From Candidatus Eiseniibacteriota bacterium (GTDB lineage: Bacteria > Eisenbacteria > RBG-16-71-46): DNA of 32,104 nucleotides. The notes below the pieces were generated by a model. It was given only the letters and a program-made list of their open reading frames with translations. It was not told the origin of the DNA and ran no database searches. Both the position numbers and the translations under genes were made by a program. Of the stretch, positions 28,397 through 32,104 are shown piece after piece. The first letter of the stretch is position 1. The number at the start of each line of letters is the position of its first letter. Where the stretch lies: NCBI GenBank assembly GCA_031364845.1, contig JANLWX010000051.1:1-32104 (forward strand), written 5' to 3'.

Positions 28397-30766
28397 ATGA
28401 TCGGCACGACGCTCTCACACTATCGCATCATTGATCGTCTGGGAGCGGGGGGTATGGGAGTGGTGTTCCGCGCTCGAGACGAGCGGCTCGACCGCGACGT
28501 CGCCGTGAAGGTGCTGCATGCCGGCGCCGTCGCCGATCCCGAGGCTCGCCGCCGATTCCGGCGCGAGGCGACTGCGCTGTCGCGCCTCAATCATCCCGGC
28601 ATCGCGTCGATCTACGAATTCGACACCCAGGATGGTGTGGACTTCCTGGTCATGGAGTATCTGGTCGGGCATTCGCTCGAGGCCCACCTGCGCAACGGTC
28701 CGCTCCCCGAACCCGAGATCGTCACGTTCGCGAAGTCGATCGCCGAGGCGCTCCAGGCCGCGCACGAACAACAGGTGGTGCATCGCGACCTCAAGCCCGG
28801 CAATGTCATGCTGACCGCCTCTGGTCTCAAGGTGCTGGACTTCGGACTCGCGAAACTCGAGTCCACCCGCAGCCAGGCGCTCAGCGAGCGGCTCAGTTCC
28901 ATGAGTCCCGCCGGAGGCACGCTGCAGTACATGGCCCCCGAACAGATCCTGGGAAGCGAGGTGGACCGGCGCGCGGATCTGTATTCGCTCGGGGTTGTCC
29001 TCTATCAAATGGCGACCGGACGCGTGCCATTCGAGTCCGAAGCTCCAGCGGCTCTGTGCATGCAGATCCTGAAACAGCGTCCGCGTCCTCCGCGCGCGCT
29101 CAACCCGGGACTCTCGCCGCGTCTCGAGTGGGTGATCTGGAAACTGCTGAACAAGGAGCCCGCGCAACGCTACAGTGATGCGGGCGCTCTGCTGGCTGAG
29201 TTGAATCGGATGGATGAACCGATGCGCGCCGTGCAGCGGGCGCAACTCGCGATCGAACTGCGGCGACCGGGATGGCGTGCACTCGCAGTGGGGTCCGCGG
29301 CTGCGCTCGCCGTGGTCGCGCTGGGGATCACGAACGCTGGCGACTGGCGCGGGCGGATCTCCGGACGCCCTCCGATACGCTCGTTGGCAGTACTTCCGTT
29401 CAAGAACCTGTTCGCCGATTCGACCCAGGACTTTCTCGCCGACGGACTCACTGAGGAGTTGATCGCGAATCTGGCGCAGATTCCATCGCTGCGCGTGATC
29501 TCGCGCACTTCGACGATGGGCTACAAACTGGCTCCCAAACCTATGCCGGTGATCGGCCGCGAACTCAACGTGGATGCCGTCATTCAAGGCTCGATTGGAC
29601 GCGTGGACGATCATTTTCGGGTGACGACTCAACTCATCCGCGCCTCCACCGATGAGCACATTTGGGCGCGTTCATACGATAGATCCTCTTCCAATCTATC
29701 CACCCTCCGCACCGAAGTGGCGCTGGCGATTATGGATGAAATCCAGGCCCAGATCTCTCCTGGCAAGCGCGCACAGATGACCCGGACTCCGTCCATCGAT
29801 CCTGTCGCCTACGATAGCTTCCTCAAGGGCCGGTACTATCGCGACCACGTTCAACTCGCTGATGTTCGCAAAGCGATCGAGTACTTCGAAGACGCGATCC
29901 GCCGGCAGCCCGACTTTGCGCGCGCCTACGCAGACCAGGCCGACTGCTACCTCCACCTCGGCCTGTTCAACGCGATGCCCGTGAGCGCAGCCTATGATCG
30001 CGCCAAACAACTGGCGCGCCGCGCTATTGCGATCGATTCCACCTCCGCGGAAGCACACGTCATGCTGGGCCGCCTGCTGATGATCGCGGATTGGAAGTTT
30101 TCTGAAGCGAAATCTCATTTTCGGTCGGCGCTGAGACTCAAGCCGGGCGATGCCGGAGCGCACCGCGCGATGTCCACGTACTTGAGCGTCATGGGACACG
30201 ACGAGGATGCGCTGGCTCACTCGCAGCGTGCCCGCGAGATCGACCCGCTCTCGATCCGCACCAACCAGGGGCTTACCCAGTTGCTGATCAACACCGGCCG
30301 CTATGACGACGGCATACGGCAGGCCTTCCGTACGCTGGAGCTCGACTCGACCTGGATGGACGTACACTTCTCGCTGATAAGTGCATATCACGCGAAAGGC
30401 ATGAATCGGGAGACGATCCAGCATCAGTTGCTCGTATACGATTATCTCTCGAGCATCAAGTTCATCAGTGCCGAACCCGAGAAGATTGCTCGGCTGCGCG
30501 CCGCCTACGCGCGCGGAGGCGCCGAGGCATTTTGGCGGGCGGACATCGAACGCATGCGTGATGGCTACGGCCAGGAGAATCCGTGCGCGATCGCAAGCCT
30601 GTACTGCTATCTGGGAGAGGCCGATAGTGCGATGGTCTGGTTGGAAAAGGCCTACGCCAAACGCTACCAGGCCCTGCTCTACGTGAGGTCCGACCCGGAC
30701 TTCGCAAGGTTGCGATCCGACCCGCGCTTTCAGGATCTGATGCGGCGCATGGGAGTGGCCTCCTAG
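28397..30766 (+). CDS. Ser/Thr kinase - TM - TolB-N/FlgO-like domain - TPR repeats
   Basis: GAGGMG, VAVK, HRDLKPGN, DFG, YMAPE, DLYSLG. TM segment ALAVGSAAALAVVALGI. Then SLAVLPFKNL..LADGLTEELI..L, TPR helices, and C-terminal DPDFARLRSDPRFQDL. Confidence 0.93.
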   Translation: MIGTTLSHYRIIDRLGAGGMGVVFRARDERLDRDVAVKVLHAGAVADPEARRRFRREATALSRLNHPGIASIYEFDTQDGVDFLVMEYLVGHSLEAHLRNGPLPEPEIVTFAKSIAEALQAAHEQQVVHRDLKPGNVMLTASGLKVLDFGLAKLESTRSQALSERLSSMSPAGGTLQYMAPEQILGSEVDRRADLYSLGVVLYQMATGRVPFESEAPAALCMQILKQRPRPPRALNPGLSPRLEWVIWKLLNKEPAQRYSDAGALLAELNRMDEPMRAVQRAQLAIELRRPGWRALAVGSAAALAVVALGITNAGDWRGRISGRPPIRSLAVLPFKNLFADSTQDFLADGLTEELIANLAQIPSLRVISRTSTMGYKLAPKPMPVIGRELNVDAVIQGSIGRVDDHFRVTTQLIRASTDEHIWARSYDRSSSNLSTLRTEVALAIMDEIQAQISPGKRAQMTRTPSIDPVAYDSFLKGRYYRDHVQLADVRKAIEYFEDAIRRQPDFARAYADQADCYLHLGLFNAMPVSAAYDRAKQLARRAIAIDSTSAEAHVMLGRLLMIADWKFSEAKSHFRSALRLKPGDAGAHRAMSTYLSVMGHDEDALAHSQRAREIDPLSIRTNQGLTQLLINTGRYDDGIRQAFRTLELDSTWMDVHFSLISAYHAKGMNRETIQHQLLVYDYLSSIKFISAEPEKIARLRAAYARGGAEAFWRADIERMRDGYGQENPCAIASLYCYLGEADSAMVWLEKAYAKRYQALLYVRSDPDFARLRSDPRFQDLMRRMGVAS

Positions 30767-30966
30767 CTTCACGAGCGCTTGTGCGCCGCACCCATCGGAC
30801 CAGTCCCCGGTATTCGTGTGCGTTTTCCCCCACCCGATCGTTCTACCTAGTGCTCGACAGGGGCATCTGTCGCTGCGTTCCGCGGATCGGTTGGGCCCGG
30901 AACGTCACGGCAAGCGACCCTGCGCCTCGTCGGGTCGAGTGTTCTGGCAACCGTCATCGCTTAACA

Positions 30967-31008
30967 GGCGGGCGCCGCCAGGGGGCCGCACCCCAGGCGG
31001 CGCCCGTC
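30967..31008. other. Strong intergenic hairpin
   Basis: GGCGGGCGCCGCC-A-GGGG-GCCGCA-CCCC-A-GGCGGCGCCCGTC. No U-tract. Confidence 0.55.
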
Positions 31009-31094
31009 GAGTGTGCGAACCATCAAAGCATTCAAGTCGGAGCATAGGCCGACAGGCGACGTCACACAGTAACCCAACCTCCGTGGAGGGCCGC

Positions 31095-31475
31095 ATGAGT
31101 TGGAGCATTTCCCACCGAATACAACCACGACTGGTGTTCCCATATCTTCTGCTGTGCGCAAGTCTGGGAGGCGCACCCGGAGTCCCCGATCCATGCACGC
31201 CCCCCGCAAACATGAGCGCGTGGTGGCCGGCGGAGAACAGCGGCAGCGATGTCGTCGGAAGCAACCCGCTGACCCCCCAGAACGGCGCCGGCTATGGGGC
31301 GGGCTTTGTCGGCCAGGCCTTTGCTCTTGACGGGGTTGATGACTACTTGAGCGCACCGGATGCGCCAGCGTTGAGGTCGGTCAATTTCACGGTCGAAGGA
31401 TGGTTCAACTTCGCATCTACCAGCGGTATTCGCATGCTGTTTGCCAAATCGGTCGGTTCCGGCAGCGGCGAATAG
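31095..31475 (+). pseudogene. Truncated secreted LamG-like (concanavalin A jelly-roll) protein
   Basis: GGAGGG precedes ATG 31095. Hydrophobic leader, then AWWPAE..SDVVGSN..G.VGQAFALDGVDDY..FTVEGWF. The ORF stops about one third of the way into the domain. Confidence 0.65.
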
Positions 31476-31526
31476 CTTTGACAATTGGGTGTAACAAAGA
31501 CAGGAACGTTGGTAGAGGAGGCTGCC

Positions 31527-32104
31527 ATGTACGACCGTAAAGTACAATTTGTGTCCGTAGTCTTGCTCCTGAGCATGTCCGTGGGCGTGCGGCCAGCCGC
31601 CGCCGCCTGGCCAGTCGACGGCCGCGCCTTATGCACCGCCTCAAATGACCAAGTCATCCCAGAAGACTATGACATCCCAAAGATCGCCTCGGACGGCGCG
31701 GGCGGCGCGATCGTCACTTGGAACGACTACCGTAGTGGAACGAACAGCGACATCTACGTCCAGCACGTCCTGGCCACTGGGGATGTTGATCCCGCGTGGC
31801 CCGTTGACGGCCGGGCCTTGTGCACCGCCACCAACGACCAACTCGATCCTGCTATCGTCTCGGATGGGGCGGGTGGGGCGCTGGTCACGTGGTCGGATCT
31901 GCGCAACGGTACCGCGAGCATTTATGACATCTACGCCCAGCACGTTCTGGCCTCGGGGGCGGTGGATCCCGCTTGGCCCGCCGAAGGCCGTGCCTTGTGC
32001 GTAGCTCTCGGCGCCCAAAATCTTCCCACCATCGTCTCTGACGGGGCTGGCGGGGCGATAGTCACTTGGCAAGACGCCCGCAGCGGGGACTCTGACATTT
32101 ACGC
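31527..32104 (+). CDS. Secreted repeat protein (SDGAGG-W-DIYAQ repeats, probable beta-propeller), 3'-partial
   Basis: AGAGGAGG precedes ATG 31527. Signal peptide MYDRKVQFVSVVLLLSMSVGVRPAAAA|W, then three ~60-aa repeats WPxDGRALC...SDGAGGAxVTWxDxR...DIYxQ. The frame is open to the window end and is absent from the ORF track. Confidence 0.88.
   Translation, partial: MYDRKVQFVSVVLLLSMSVGVRPAAAAWPVDGRALCTASNDQVIPEDYDIPKIASDGAGGAIVTWNDYRSGTNSDIYVQHVLATGDVDPAWPVDGRALCTATNDQLDPAIVSDGAGGALVTWSDLRNGTASIYDIYAQHVLASGAVDPAWPAEGRALCVALGAQNLPTIVSDGAGGAIVTWQDARSGDSDIY

Overview
High-GC bacterial DNA from about 812 to the end, preceded by about 0.8 kb of very AT-rich, non-coding, eukaryote-like sequence that is fused into the middle of a gene and is probably an assembly chimera. 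The secreted proteins (FlgD/T9SS-type C-terminal Ig domain, SDGAGG-repeat protein) and the DUF222-like HNH protein suggest an FCB-group organism such as Ca. Eisenbacteria, which is an inference. Gene order: 5'-truncated YhcG/DUF1016 nuclease; type III restriction Res subunit; a 14-repeat FG-GAP secreted protein; a TPR-like/PEGA membrane protein; then, convergently, a Ser/Thr kinase-STAND ATPase fusion and a STAND ATPase-TM-PEGA protein; EAL-HDOD protein; DEAD-box helicase; PD40/TolB-like lipoprotein; HNH endonuclease; tex; engB; pyridoxamine-oxidase-like protein; amtB and P-II; a stand-alone rsmH paralogue; two membrane proteins; an ECF sigma factor divergent from a kinase-TPR gene; a truncated LamG gene; and a repeat protein running off the end. 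Two candidate novel systems stand out. (1) A four-gene convergent cluster that may form a paired-STAND-ATPase/kinase transmembrane signalling unit. (2) An HNH gene associated with a 22-bp palindrome, CAACTGTCC-N4-GGACAGTTG, which occurs inside its own reading frame and twice upstream, where it brackets a cargo-like gene. The YhcG nuclease gene also carries two co-varying in-frame palindromes.
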